This document shows, in pieces, positions 1 to 7,980 of a DNA stretch of 32,000 nt. Position 1 is the stretch's first letter. Each line of letters opens with the position of its first letter. Made by a program: the position numbers and the translations under genes. This DNA is from Candidatus Nitrospira inopinata (lineage in GTDB: Bacteria; Nitrospirota; Nitrospiria; Nitrospirales; Nitrospiraceae), in the NCBI RefSeq assembly GCF_001458695.1, contig NZ_LN885086.1, positions 2,400,001-2,432,000 on the forward strand. Reading direction: 5' to 3'. The notes under the pieces were generated by a model. It saw only the letters and a list, made by a program, of their open reading frames with translations. It was not told the origin of the DNA and searched no databases.

Positions 1-609
1 TTCAATTTGGGCTATGGGGGGACGGTGTCCTATGGGGGCGGGACCAGTGCCTTTACCACGACCAACGGGGTGGTGCGGTCGGTGGGCAATGGGACCACGA
101 CCCTGGCGATCACGGGAGGCGATCTGGACTTTGCCACGGGGCTCTACACGGGCGGGGCGTCGACGGGGACCGGGTTTCAGAACATGTATGCCGCGGGGGG
201 CTCGTTCAGCATTTATGGGAACCTGGGCAGCGGGACGCAATTATTATTAGCGGGGACGTTTGCGGAGGCCTCGACCTTTACCTGTTGTGCGGGGGCGTTT
301 CCGGTGTACACGTCGGCGTTCAGTGGGTTATTGCAGGTGACATCGCTTAACACGGATTTAGCCGCGGCGTTGGGGTTTAATTTACCGGCGACGGGGGCGT
401 CGTTGGCGCAGGTGCAGATTCGGTTTGGGGCGGCGCCGACGCAGGCGGGGCAGGCGTTTAGTGGGATTCAGGGGGGCGGGGCCTTAGCGGTGACGGACAG
501 TCCGTCGCAGGGGGTGCCGGAGCCGAGCGTGGTGTTGATGCTGGCCATGGGGATGCTGGGACTGGTGGTGTGGAGGAGGTTTTACATGGGGGGCGGATCA
601 CATGCGTAG
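1..609 (+). CDS. PEP-CTERM sorting-domain protein, copy 1 (5' end cut by window edge)
   Basis: The frame-1 ORF is open from base 1. The C-terminus is VPEPSVVLMLAMGMLGLVVWRRF, i.e. PEP motif, hydrophobic helix and basic cluster. The Gly/Thr-rich body aligns along its length with the next ORF. Confidence 0.8.
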   Translation, partial: FNLGYGGTVSYGGGTSAFTTTNGVVRSVGNGTTTLAITGGDLDFATGLYTGGASTGTGFQNMYAAGGSFSIYGNLGSGTQLLLAGTFAEASTFTCCAGAFPVYTSAFSGLLQVTSLNTDLAAALGFNLPATGASLAQVQIRFGAAPTQAGQAFSGIQGGGALAVTDSPSQGVPEPSVVLMLAMGMLGLVVWRRFYMGGGSHA

Positions 610-1321
610 CCATTCAATGCTGATGAAAATGAAAGATTGTTCGACAGGGTGGTATCGGATTGGACTTGGACTTGCGTTCGCTGGCGCAATGGGATTTTCA
701 ACGGCTACAGAGGCGAACGCTCTACCGATTGTCTTTGAATTTGGTTTTGGAGGCACGGTTTCATACGGCGGTGGTGCTAACCCGTTGGTCACAACAGGCG
801 GAGTCGTGACGGCCGTCAACAATGGAACGACCGGTTTGTCAATCAACGGGGGATTGCTCGACTTTTCAACAGGTAATTATGTGAGTGGTGGAGCTACCGC
901 CACCGGTTTTCAAAATCAATATGCCGGAGGTGGCGCACTCACCATTAGCGGTGACATTGGCGGAAGCGAGGTGGTTCTCTTGTCAGGTAGTTTTTCCGGA
1001 CCATCGGTGTTTGATTGTTGCACCAGTGCCGTGTCGTCTTTCAGCGGGTTGTTGAACATTTACCATGTTGATTCATCTCTGGCTTCGGCTCTAGGCTTCA
1101 ACCTTCCAGCGACGGGGGGATCCATCGCCCAGGTGCAAATTTTCTTTAACGGGTCTGCACCGACTGTCGCGGGAACCGCATTTTCTGGAATCCAAGGCGG
1201 CGGGTCTCTGACGGTTGCGGATAGCGCGGCAGGCGTTCCTGAACCAGGGGCTCTGCTTCTACTGGGGTTGGGATTGCTTGGTGGCACGGCGTATCGACTG
1301 ATGGCGGAGAAAAAAGCGTAG
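602..1321 (+). CDS. PEP-CTERM sorting-domain protein, copy 2 (secreted)
   Basis: An N-terminal signal-like segment (RIGLGLAFAGAMGFSTATEANA) precedes a Gly/Thr-rich body. The C-terminus is VPEPGALLLLGLGLLGGTAYRLMAEKKA. The start overlaps the copy 1 stop by 8 nt. Alternative in-frame ATGs at 617, 623 and 629 are possible. Confidence 0.85.
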   Translation: MRSHSMLMKMKDCSTGWYRIGLGLAFAGAMGFSTATEANALPIVFEFGFGGTVSYGGGANPLVTTGGVVTAVNNGTTGLSINGGLLDFSTGNYVSGGATATGFQNQYAGGGALTISGDIGGSEVVLLSGSFSGPSVFDCCTSAVSSFSGLLNIYHVDSSLASALGFNLPATGGSIAQVQIFFNGSAPTVAGTAFSGIQGGGSLTVADSAAGVPEPGALLLLGLGLLGGTAYRLMAEKKA

Positions 1322-1362
1322 CAGTTTTTAGAAAACGGCACAATCGCCGATTGAAAATCGAT

Positions 1363-1401
1363 GGGGCTGACCTTCTCGAGAAGGTCAGCCCCATTCTTTT
1401 T
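1363..1401. terminator. Bidirectional rho-independent terminator between convergent genes
   Basis: A perfect 30-nt palindrome, GGGGCTGACCTTCTC/GAGAAGGTCAGCCCC (1363-1392), is followed by ATTCTTTTT. It is preceded by TTGAAAATCGAT, which gives a T-run on the other strand. Confidence 0.8.
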
Positions 1402-1424
1402 GACCGTCGGAGAAGGATGGAAAG

Positions 1425-3710
1425 CTAGAGTTCTGATAAGATTTGCTGAGCTTCTTGCGCACCGGGAAAGTTCCGATCAAGTTTCAACGCCAGTTGGAGC
1501 GACTTCTTTGCTCCTTCTTTGTCTCCGTTTTTGTATTGCGCCATGCCCAGGTGATAGTGAACAACCGGGTGGGTCGGCAGTTTTTCAGCCGCTTCCTTCA
1601 ACAGGCTGATGGCGAGCGCGTAGGCGTTTTTCTTGTAGTAGAGCCAGCCGATCGTATCGGCAATGGCCGGATCGTTCGGCTGTTGCTCCCTCGCCGTTTG
1701 GGCGTAGTTCAGCGCCACGTCGAGATTGCCGCCCTGTTCGACCAACAGCCAGGCGAGATTGTTGGCGGCCGGCGCGAATTTTTGATTCAGGGCGAGGATC
1801 TTTTCATAGCGTGCCTTGGCTTTCTCATATTCGCGTTTTTGTTCGTGGATGACGCCCAACATCATGTGAGCCTGGATGGCTTGCGGTTCCTTGTCCACGA
1901 CGGCCTGATATTCAGCGGCAGCCCGATCCATTTTCTCGGCCTGGTAATAGAGTTGCCCGAGGTTCATGTAAGCCACAAGGAGAGAGTTGTCGAGTTCGAT
2001 CGCCTTCTTAAAAGACTGTTCCGCTTGGTCCATGTCTCGTGTTGCCAGCCAGAGCTCGCCAAGTAAGTTCTCGTGTTGGGCGCTCTGGGGTGCCGCGGCC
2101 ATCTGACGGAGCAGCCGTTCACGTCCCTCCACCGGTTTTCCCTGCGCGACTTTGATTGCCGCAATTTGGACGATCGGCTCAATGGCGCTTGGTTTGAGCG
2201 ACAAGGCTTCCTCGAAATAGGCGATCGCCTTTGCATCATTCTTCTCTGCGCGGGCGACAAGACCGAGGCGGTAGGGGACCAGAGCTTCCTTTGGCAGGGC
2301 TTTGCCAATCGCTTCGTAGACCTGTTTGCTTTTGGCAAAATCGCCCTTGCGAAGATATGCGTCCCCCGCGATAAACGCGGCTTGGACATTCCGTGGGTTC
2401 AATTGCACGGCCGCTTGGGCATGCTCCAACGCCAAGTCAGACGACCCTTCGTTGAGAAAGAGTTCGGCCAAGGCCGTGCGGGCTTCAGGCATGGCGGGGT
2501 TCAGCTTGACGGCTTGAGTCAACGCTCCTCGCGCCTGGGCGATCTGGCGGTTTCTCAGATAGGCGATACCAAGAAAATAATGGGCCGGCGCAAATTGCGT
2601 TTCTTCATTGGCAAGAGTTTGGAAGAGTGTGACCGCTTCATCGACCTTGCCTTTGGCGAGTGAAAGCCGGGCGTTAAAAAAGCGGCCGGACAGATCTCGG
2701 GCGTTTTTCGCAAGAATGGATTTGATTTGCGGTTCCGCCTCATCCGTTTTGCCAAGATCAAGTAGCAGGGCGATCAATTTGTCGCGGGCGATGGCCGACG
2801 AAGCGTTCACGTGCAAGGCCTGCCGATAGCCGGCCAAGGCCTTGTCTCGCATGCCCAGTGAAATAAAGAAATCGCCCAAATGCAGGTGCGGCCGTTCGTC
2901 CTGAGGATAGGCCGTGGCCCACTGCTGTAAGACGGCCTCTGCATCGGTCGGCTTGTTGGTCAGTTGGTAGAGATTGGCAAGTCTCAAGCGAGCCGGCTCG
3001 TTGTCCGGCGCGGTACCGATGACTCGCTTGAACATGGATTCCGCCTGATCGGGTTTGCCGGTTGAAAGGTGAAGGTCTCCCATCGCCAACATGAGGTCGA
3101 GGGAGCTGGGATTGGCCGTCAGGCCCTGGCGGAGAACGTCTTCCGCGGAGGCCCGGTCGTTGGCAAAAAAGTAGGCGCGAGACAGTTCAATGTAAACACC
3201 GGGGTCGGTGGGATCGAGAGCCAGCAGTTTTTTAAGTTCTACAATCCCCTCTTGATAGCGTCTTTCATTGATCAGGCTGCGTCCGCGGATCGCCAGTGCG
3301 TCCCGATCTTGGGGAGCGGACGCCAAGATGAGGTCGGCCTGCTCCCTGGCCTTGGCCGGCTCGTTCCCCACCAAATACAGCTCGCCGATTTTGAGCCGGG
3401 CGTCGCGGTTGTCTTTGTTGAGCTCAAGCGTCCGGCTCAATTCCGCGAAGGCTTTTTGAAGGTTGGCGATGCCGCCGAGCTTCAAGTGAATGAGCGCCAT
3501 TTGATAGTAGGCTTCGGCGTTGCTCGGATCGGCCTTGGTCACGTTCATGTACTCGATCAACGCTTCGTGAAGTTGTCCTTTCTCCAGGAAACTCGCGGCC
3601 CGTTCGAGGTGTTTGGCTTTCTGGGTTTCCGGCGAGCCGGAGTTGCACCCCAGCACGACGAGCATAAGAACGAAGGAGAGTTTCCGCAGGGCGTTCGTAC
3701 TTCTCATCAT
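1425..3710 (-). CDS. TPR-repeat lipoprotein, PrsT-like (PEP-CTERM system associated)
   Basis: The 761-aa product has a signal peptide ending in the lipobox-like VLGC followed by NSGS. The rest is many TPR-like repeats (recurrent A..Y..LG..Y...G....A...). Its position next to PEP-CTERM genes matches the known PrsT context. The PrsT assignment itself is an inference. Confidence 0.8.
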   Translation of the reverse strand: MMRSTNALRKLSFVLMLVVLGCNSGSPETQKAKHLERAASFLEKGQLHEALIEYMNVTKADPSNAEAYYQMALIHLKLGGIANLQKAFAELSRTLELNKDNRDARLKIGELYLVGNEPAKAREQADLILASAPQDRDALAIRGRSLINERRYQEGIVELKKLLALDPTDPGVYIELSRAYFFANDRASAEDVLRQGLTANPSSLDLMLAMGDLHLSTGKPDQAESMFKRVIGTAPDNEPARLRLANLYQLTNKPTDAEAVLQQWATAYPQDERPHLHLGDFFISLGMRDKALAGYRQALHVNASSAIARDKLIALLLDLGKTDEAEPQIKSILAKNARDLSGRFFNARLSLAKGKVDEAVTLFQTLANEETQFAPAHYFLGIAYLRNRQIAQARGALTQAVKLNPAMPEARTALAELFLNEGSSDLALEHAQAAVQLNPRNVQAAFIAGDAYLRKGDFAKSKQVYEAIGKALPKEALVPYRLGLVARAEKNDAKAIAYFEEALSLKPSAIEPIVQIAAIKVAQGKPVEGRERLLRQMAAAPQSAQHENLLGELWLATRDMDQAEQSFKKAIELDNSLLVAYMNLGQLYYQAEKMDRAAAEYQAVVDKEPQAIQAHMMLGVIHEQKREYEKAKARYEKILALNQKFAPAANNLAWLLVEQGGNLDVALNYAQTAREQQPNDPAIADTIGWLYYKKNAYALAISLLKEAAEKLPTHPVVHYHLGMAQYKNGDKEGAKKSLQLALKLDRNFPGAQEAQQILSEL

Positions 3711-3763
3711 CGGCTCTCTCTCATTCAGTTCGGAAGAAGAAGTGTTTATTTCGGCCCGCTGGC

Positions 3764-3792
3764 ATTATTGAGCGAGGGGGGCTTTTAGTCAA
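3764..3792 (-). promoter_or_regulatory. Candidate sigma70 promoter for the TPR lipoprotein gene
   Basis: On the minus strand: TTGACT (3792-3787), a 17-nt spacer, then AATAAT (3769-3764), about 55 nt upstream of the ATG at 3710. Confidence 0.3.
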
Positions 3793-3924
3793 TGATGATT
3801 TGCTTCTTGGTCGGATGCGGTTTGTTGTTTGATCGATGTGATTGCGATTTCCCCCGCATTGGTGCATTGTACCCGTCGGCCGTCTTAATGAGAATCGCGA
3901 CGCTTGCTCCGAATTGCGGGGACC

Positions 3925-5163
3925 ATGTCTCGATTTGTTTTTCTGACCACCGTCAACTCCTTCCGTGTTCTCCAGCGAAACCGATTGCAGGCCGGTCTGA
4001 CGATGTTGGGCATTATGGTCGGTGTCGGCGCCGTGATCATGATCGTTGGAATCGGACAAGGAGCGCGCTCCACGGTCCAAGCGCAAATAGCAAGCATGGG
4101 AGCCAACGTGATCCTCATTTTGCCGGGCGCGACGACGGTGGGAGGCGTGCGGACCGGACTGGGCGGCGCGGCGACACTGACGGTGGCGGATGCGAGAGAG
4201 ATCAAAAGCCAGGTGCCGCGGTTACGGGAGGTGGCATGGATCAAGCGGAAGGGGCTCCAGGTCGTCCGTGGCGGACGAAACTGGAGGGTCAATGTCTACG
4301 GAGCTTCTTCCGGATTTTTCTTGGTCCGACAATGGCCCGCCGAGAGCGGGACGGTGTTCTCAGATGCCGATGTGGAATCCATGAGCCGCGTTGCCGTGCT
4401 CGGCCGAACCGTTGTGGAGAATTTATTCGATTCCGGGGAGGATCCAGTGGGGGCCATCATCAGAATAGAGAACGTTCCCTTCCGTGTCATTGGTGTCTTG
4501 GCTGCCAAAGGGCAATCGGCTGAAGGAGGGGATCAAGATGACGCGGTGTTCATTCCGTTTTCCACGGCGGAGCGGCAGGTGTTCGGCGTGCAATTCTTCG
4601 CCGGTTTAGTCGGGACTGTTCTCGCCGCGACGGAACGCGAAGAAGACTTGGGTGAGGCAGTGGGTGAAATCAGACAAATTTTGCGCCAACGACATCGCTT
4701 GAGCGAGGAACAACCCGATGATTTCACCATCCGAACTCAACGAGATATCGCCCAAGTTCAGGAGGAAACCAGCCGGACCATGATGGGCATGTTGCTGGTG
4801 GTTGCCTCCGTCTCGCTCTTGGTGGGTGGAATAGGAATTATGAATATTCTCTTGGTTTCCATTACCCAGCGGACCAGAGAGATTGGGATTCGCATTGCCG
4901 TCGGAGCGAAGCGGTACCACATTCTTCTGCAATTTCTCAGCGAGGCCTTGATCTTGAGCCTGATGGGGAGTCTCTTGGGGGTCTTCGTCGGCCTTGCCGG
5001 CGCTCGGCTTGTCACGCAGATGGCTGGGTGGCCGACGGCGGTTCCTGTTGACGCCATCGCAATGGCTGTCTTGATCTCGATGGGAATCGGACTTTTCTTT
5101 GGGCTGTATCCGGCTCAGAAAGCGGCCAAGCTGAATCCCATCGAGGCGTTGCGATACGAATGA
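3925..5163 (+). CDS. ABC transporter permease, MacB/FtsX family (MacB periplasmic domain + FtsX 4-TM)
   Basis: The N-terminus (FRVLQRNRLQAGLTMLGIMVGVGAVIMIV) is typical of MacB-type permeases. There is a large periplasmic segment, then a C-terminal FtsX-like module (REIGIRIAVGAKRYHILLQFLSEALILS). I prefer the ATG at 3925 (GGGGA upstream) over the TTG at 3904. Confidence 0.85.
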   Translation: MSRFVFLTTVNSFRVLQRNRLQAGLTMLGIMVGVGAVIMIVGIGQGARSTVQAQIASMGANVILILPGATTVGGVRTGLGGAATLTVADAREIKSQVPRLREVAWIKRKGLQVVRGGRNWRVNVYGASSGFFLVRQWPAESGTVFSDADVESMSRVAVLGRTVVENLFDSGEDPVGAIIRIENVPFRVIGVLAAKGQSAEGGDQDDAVFIPFSTAERQVFGVQFFAGLVGTVLAATEREEDLGEAVGEIRQILRQRHRLSEEQPDDFTIRTQRDIAQVQEETSRTMMGMLLVVASVSLLVGGIGIMNILLVSITQRTREIGIRIAVGAKRYHILLQFLSEALILSLMGSLLGVFVGLAGARLVTQMAGWPTAVPVDAIAMAVLISMGIGLFFGLYPAQKAAKLNPIEALRYE

Positions 5164-5164
5164 G

Positions 5165-6460
5165 CTAGAGCCTCCAGTACTTGATAAAAGAGGGCAGTTC
5201 CGTCGGATTGAGGATACTTTTGACATCGACGACAACGCCGTATTGGTTGTTGCGAAGCAGCCTGAGCATTTCAGCCGGTTTCATGTCTTTGTACGGCTGA
5301 TGCGCGACGGCGATAACGATGCCGTCCAGCTCGTTCATTCGGCTCCAATCAGCCAGATGAATTCCATATTCGGCAACGGCTTCCTCCGGTTCGGCCAAGG
5401 GATCGTGCACCAGCACATTGATGCCATATTCACTCAGCTCTTTCACGATGTCGGGTACCTTGCTGTTGCGGAGGTCCGGCACATTTTCCTTGAACGTCAG
5501 CCCCAGCACTCCCACTCTCAACTCATTGGCGGGGCGTGGAAGTTGGGAGAGCAACTTGACGGTATGTTCGGCGACGAATTTTCCCATCCCGTTATTGATG
5601 CGCCGTCCTGCCAGGATGACCTGCGGGTGGTAGCCGACCGATTCAGCCTTGGCGGTCAGGTAGTAGGGATCAACTCCGATGCAGTGGCCGCCGACCAATC
5701 CGGGAGAAAATTTAAGAAAATTCCACTTGGTCCCGGCCGCGTCCAATACCGATTTCGTGTCGATACCGAGGCGATGGAAAATCAACGCGAGTTCGTTCAT
5801 AAGGGCGATGTTCAGGTCACGTTGCGTGTTCTCAATGACCTTGGCCGCCTCGGCCACTTTGATGCTGGGCGCCCTGTGGATTCCCGCTTTGACCACCAGC
5901 CCATAGGTCTGAGCCACGATTTCCAAGGACTCGGCGTCTTGAGCCGCCACGACTTTGATGATTTTTTCGAGGGTATGTTCTTTGTCGCCGGGGTTGATTC
6001 GCTCCGGGGAATAGCCGACCTTGAAGTCCACTCCTCCCTTCATGCCGGACGTCTTTTCTAAAATCGGAAGGCAGATTTCTTCCGTGACGCCCGGATAGAC
6101 AGTCGATTCGTACACGACGATAGCGCCCCGTGCCATGTTGGCGCCGATCGTTTCCGAGGACATCCTGAGGGCTTTGAGGTCCGGTTGGAGCGCTTCGTTG
6201 ATGGGAGTGGGGACGGCGACGATGATGAAATCGGCCTTCTTCAAGTCCGCCGGCTCGGAGGTGTAGTGCACGCGAGCGGCTTGTAGGTCTTCTTTCGTCA
6301 CTTCTCCCGTTCGATCAACCCCGTTCTTGAGTTCTTCGACCTTGGATTTGTTGACGTCGAACCCAATGACAGGGGCCAGTTTTCCGAAGGCGATGGCGAT
6401 GGGTAGTCCGACGTAGCCCAGCCCCACGACCGCAATCGACCGGTTCACATTCTGTGTCAT
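5165..6460 (-). CDS. Nucleotide-sugar dehydrogenase, TviB/WbpO-like (UDP-N-acetyl-hexosamine 6-dehydrogenase family)
   Basis: The N-terminal Rossmann motif is IAVVGLGYVGLPIAIAFG. A catalytic-Cys region (GGHCIGVDPYYL) and a UDP-glucose/GDP-mannose dehydrogenase family layout are present. The start is set at ATG 6460, which has a GGAGGTG RBS, rather than the upstream ORF start at 6538. Confidence 0.9.
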   Translation of the reverse strand: MTQNVNRSIAVVGLGYVGLPIAIAFGKLAPVIGFDVNKSKVEELKNGVDRTGEVTKEDLQAARVHYTSEPADLKKADFIIVAVPTPINEALQPDLKALRMSSETIGANMARGAIVVYESTVYPGVTEEICLPILEKTSGMKGGVDFKVGYSPERINPGDKEHTLEKIIKVVAAQDAESLEIVAQTYGLVVKAGIHRAPSIKVAEAAKVIENTQRDLNIALMNELALIFHRLGIDTKSVLDAAGTKWNFLKFSPGLVGGHCIGVDPYYLTAKAESVGYHPQVILAGRRINNGMGKFVAEHTVKLLSQLPRPANELRVGVLGLTFKENVPDLRNSKVPDIVKELSEYGINVLVHDPLAEPEEAVAEYGIHLADWSRMNELDGIVIAVAHQPYKDMKPAEMLRLLRNNQYGVVVDVKSILNPTELPSFIKYWRL

Positions 6461-6600
6461 CTTTCGGTCACCTCCGAATGCGTAGAATAGATGAATGAAC
6501 GAAGAAGCTCGGAAAAAGCCTGCCCCACTGTGCCACATGTTTAAGGAATCGGCAAGCGTCTGATCTGTCGCGGAAATTGATAAAAGGAGACGATGTCGCC

Positions 6601-6629
6601 TTGACGACTCCAGGGGGGAGGAGTATTCT
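6601..6629 (+). promoter_or_regulatory. Candidate sigma70 promoter for proA
   Basis: TTGACG (6601-6606), a 17-nt spacer, then TATTCT (6624-6629), about 50 nt upstream of the proA ATG. Confidence 0.25.
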
Positions 6630-6681
6630 TCGCGCTACGTTCCCGCTACAATTACCGTAACAGGCTCACCCCCTATGTCGC

Positions 6682-7980
6682 ATGGAATCAAACGTTTTCG
6701 GCCAACCACCTGAGTCAATCGAACAATCGGCTTCTGAATACATCGTGAAGCTGGTTGCCAAGGCCAAGCAGGCGTCCGGAAAGCTGGCCTCTCTATCAAC
6801 AACCGTCAAGAATCAGGCGCTGCTTGCCATGGCGGAGGCGCTTGAAGCCAAAACGGAGGAGGTGCTGGGGGCCAATCGTCGTGATCTTGACGCCTTTGGG
6901 GACGCCCCGGACAAAAAAGCCATGGCGGATCGTCTGCGCCTGACGCCGCAGCGGGTCGAAGAGATGGCCGGCGGGATCCGCGAAGTGGAGAAACTGCCCG
7001 ATCCGGTCGGTGTGATGCCGTCGATGTGGACGAGGCCTAATGGGATGAAGGTGGGTCGCGTGCGCGTTCCGATCGGCGTGATCGGCATCATCTATGAATC
7101 GCGCCCCAACGTGACGGCGGATTCCGCGGCCCTCTGCCTGAAATCGGGAAACGCCTGTGTCCTACGGGGAGGAAGCGAAGCGATCCATTCCAATACGGTG
7201 ATTGCCGCCATTCTCTCGGAAGCGGCGGAGAAAGCCGGCGTGCCGTCCGGCGCCATTACTTTTATAGACCGACCCGATCGCGACTTGGTCCCTGTGCTGC
7301 TCAAGCAGGATCGCTTTATCGATTTGATCATTCCCCGAGGGGGCGAATCCCTCATGCGATTGATTGCCGAGCACTCGACGATCCCGGTGGTCAAACATGA
7401 CGCGGGGGTGTGTCATATCTACGTGGATGCGTCGGCGGACCTCGAGATGGCCCACGCGATCTGTGTCAATGCCAAGGTGCAGCGCCCCTCGACGTGTAAC
7501 GCCATGGAGACTTTGCTGGTTCATCAGACCGTCGCCCGGACGTTTTTGCCGAAACTTGCCCACAGTCTGCTGTCGGCCAAGGTCGAAATTCGCGGATGCC
7601 CCAAAACCTGCCAATTGATTCCGGAGGCGAAACCGGCAGATGAGCAGGATTATGGAAAAGAATTCCTCGATCTGGTCTTGGCGGTCAAGGTGGTCAAAAA
7701 TATCGACGAAGCCATGGATCACATGGCGCGGTACGGATCGCGGCATACGGAAGCGATCGTCACGTCGGACTACGGACGAGCCATGCGTTTTCTCAAGGAA
7801 GTCGACGCCAGTGCGGTGCTGGTCAACGCCTCCACCCGCTTGAACGACGGCTACCAATTCGGTCTCGGGGCCGAGATCGGAATCAGCACGTCCCGCATCC
7901 ATGCCAGGGGCCCGATGGGCCTTGAAGAATTGACCTGCTTCAAATTTATCGTGCTGGGGAGCGGCCAGCTCCGCACGTGA
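6682..7980 (+). CDS. proA: Glutamate-5-semialdehyde dehydrogenase (gamma-glutamyl phosphate reductase)
   Basis: The product shows full-length ProA-like sequence. Examples are VRVPIGVIGIIYESRPNVTADSAALCLKSGNACVLRGGSEA, CNAMETLLVH and HTEAIVT. Confidence 0.95.
   Translation: MESNVFGQPPESIEQSASEYIVKLVAKAKQASGKLASLSTTVKNQALLAMAEALEAKTEEVLGANRRDLDAFGDAPDKKAMADRLRLTPQRVEEMAGGIREVEKLPDPVGVMPSMWTRPNGMKVGRVRVPIGVIGIIYESRPNVTADSAALCLKSGNACVLRGGSEAIHSNTVIAAILSEAAEKAGVPSGAITFIDRPDRDLVPVLLKQDRFIDLIIPRGGESLMRLIAEHSTIPVVKHDAGVCHIYVDASADLEMAHAICVNAKVQRPSTCNAMETLLVHQTVARTFLPKLAHSLLSAKVEIRGCPKTCQLIPEAKPADEQDYGKEFLDLVLAVKVVKNIDEAMDHMARYGSRHTEAIVTSDYGRAMRFLKEVDASAVLVNASTRLNDGYQFGLGAEIGISTSRIHARGPMGLEELTCFKFIVLGSGQLRT

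Noticed and set aside
14-500. Dense G-runs in PEP-CTERM copy 1 as possible G-quadruplex motifs.
   Set aside because: I could not find four G3+ tracts with short loops in a canonical arrangement. The runs are explained by GGG Gly codons next to G-ending codons. They are treated as part of the codon-usage observation only.
3760-3775. A sigma54-like element, TGGCAT-N-AGC, upstream of the MacB-type permease gene.
   Set aside because: The GC dinucleotide is one position too close to the GG, and the -12 TTGC element is absent.
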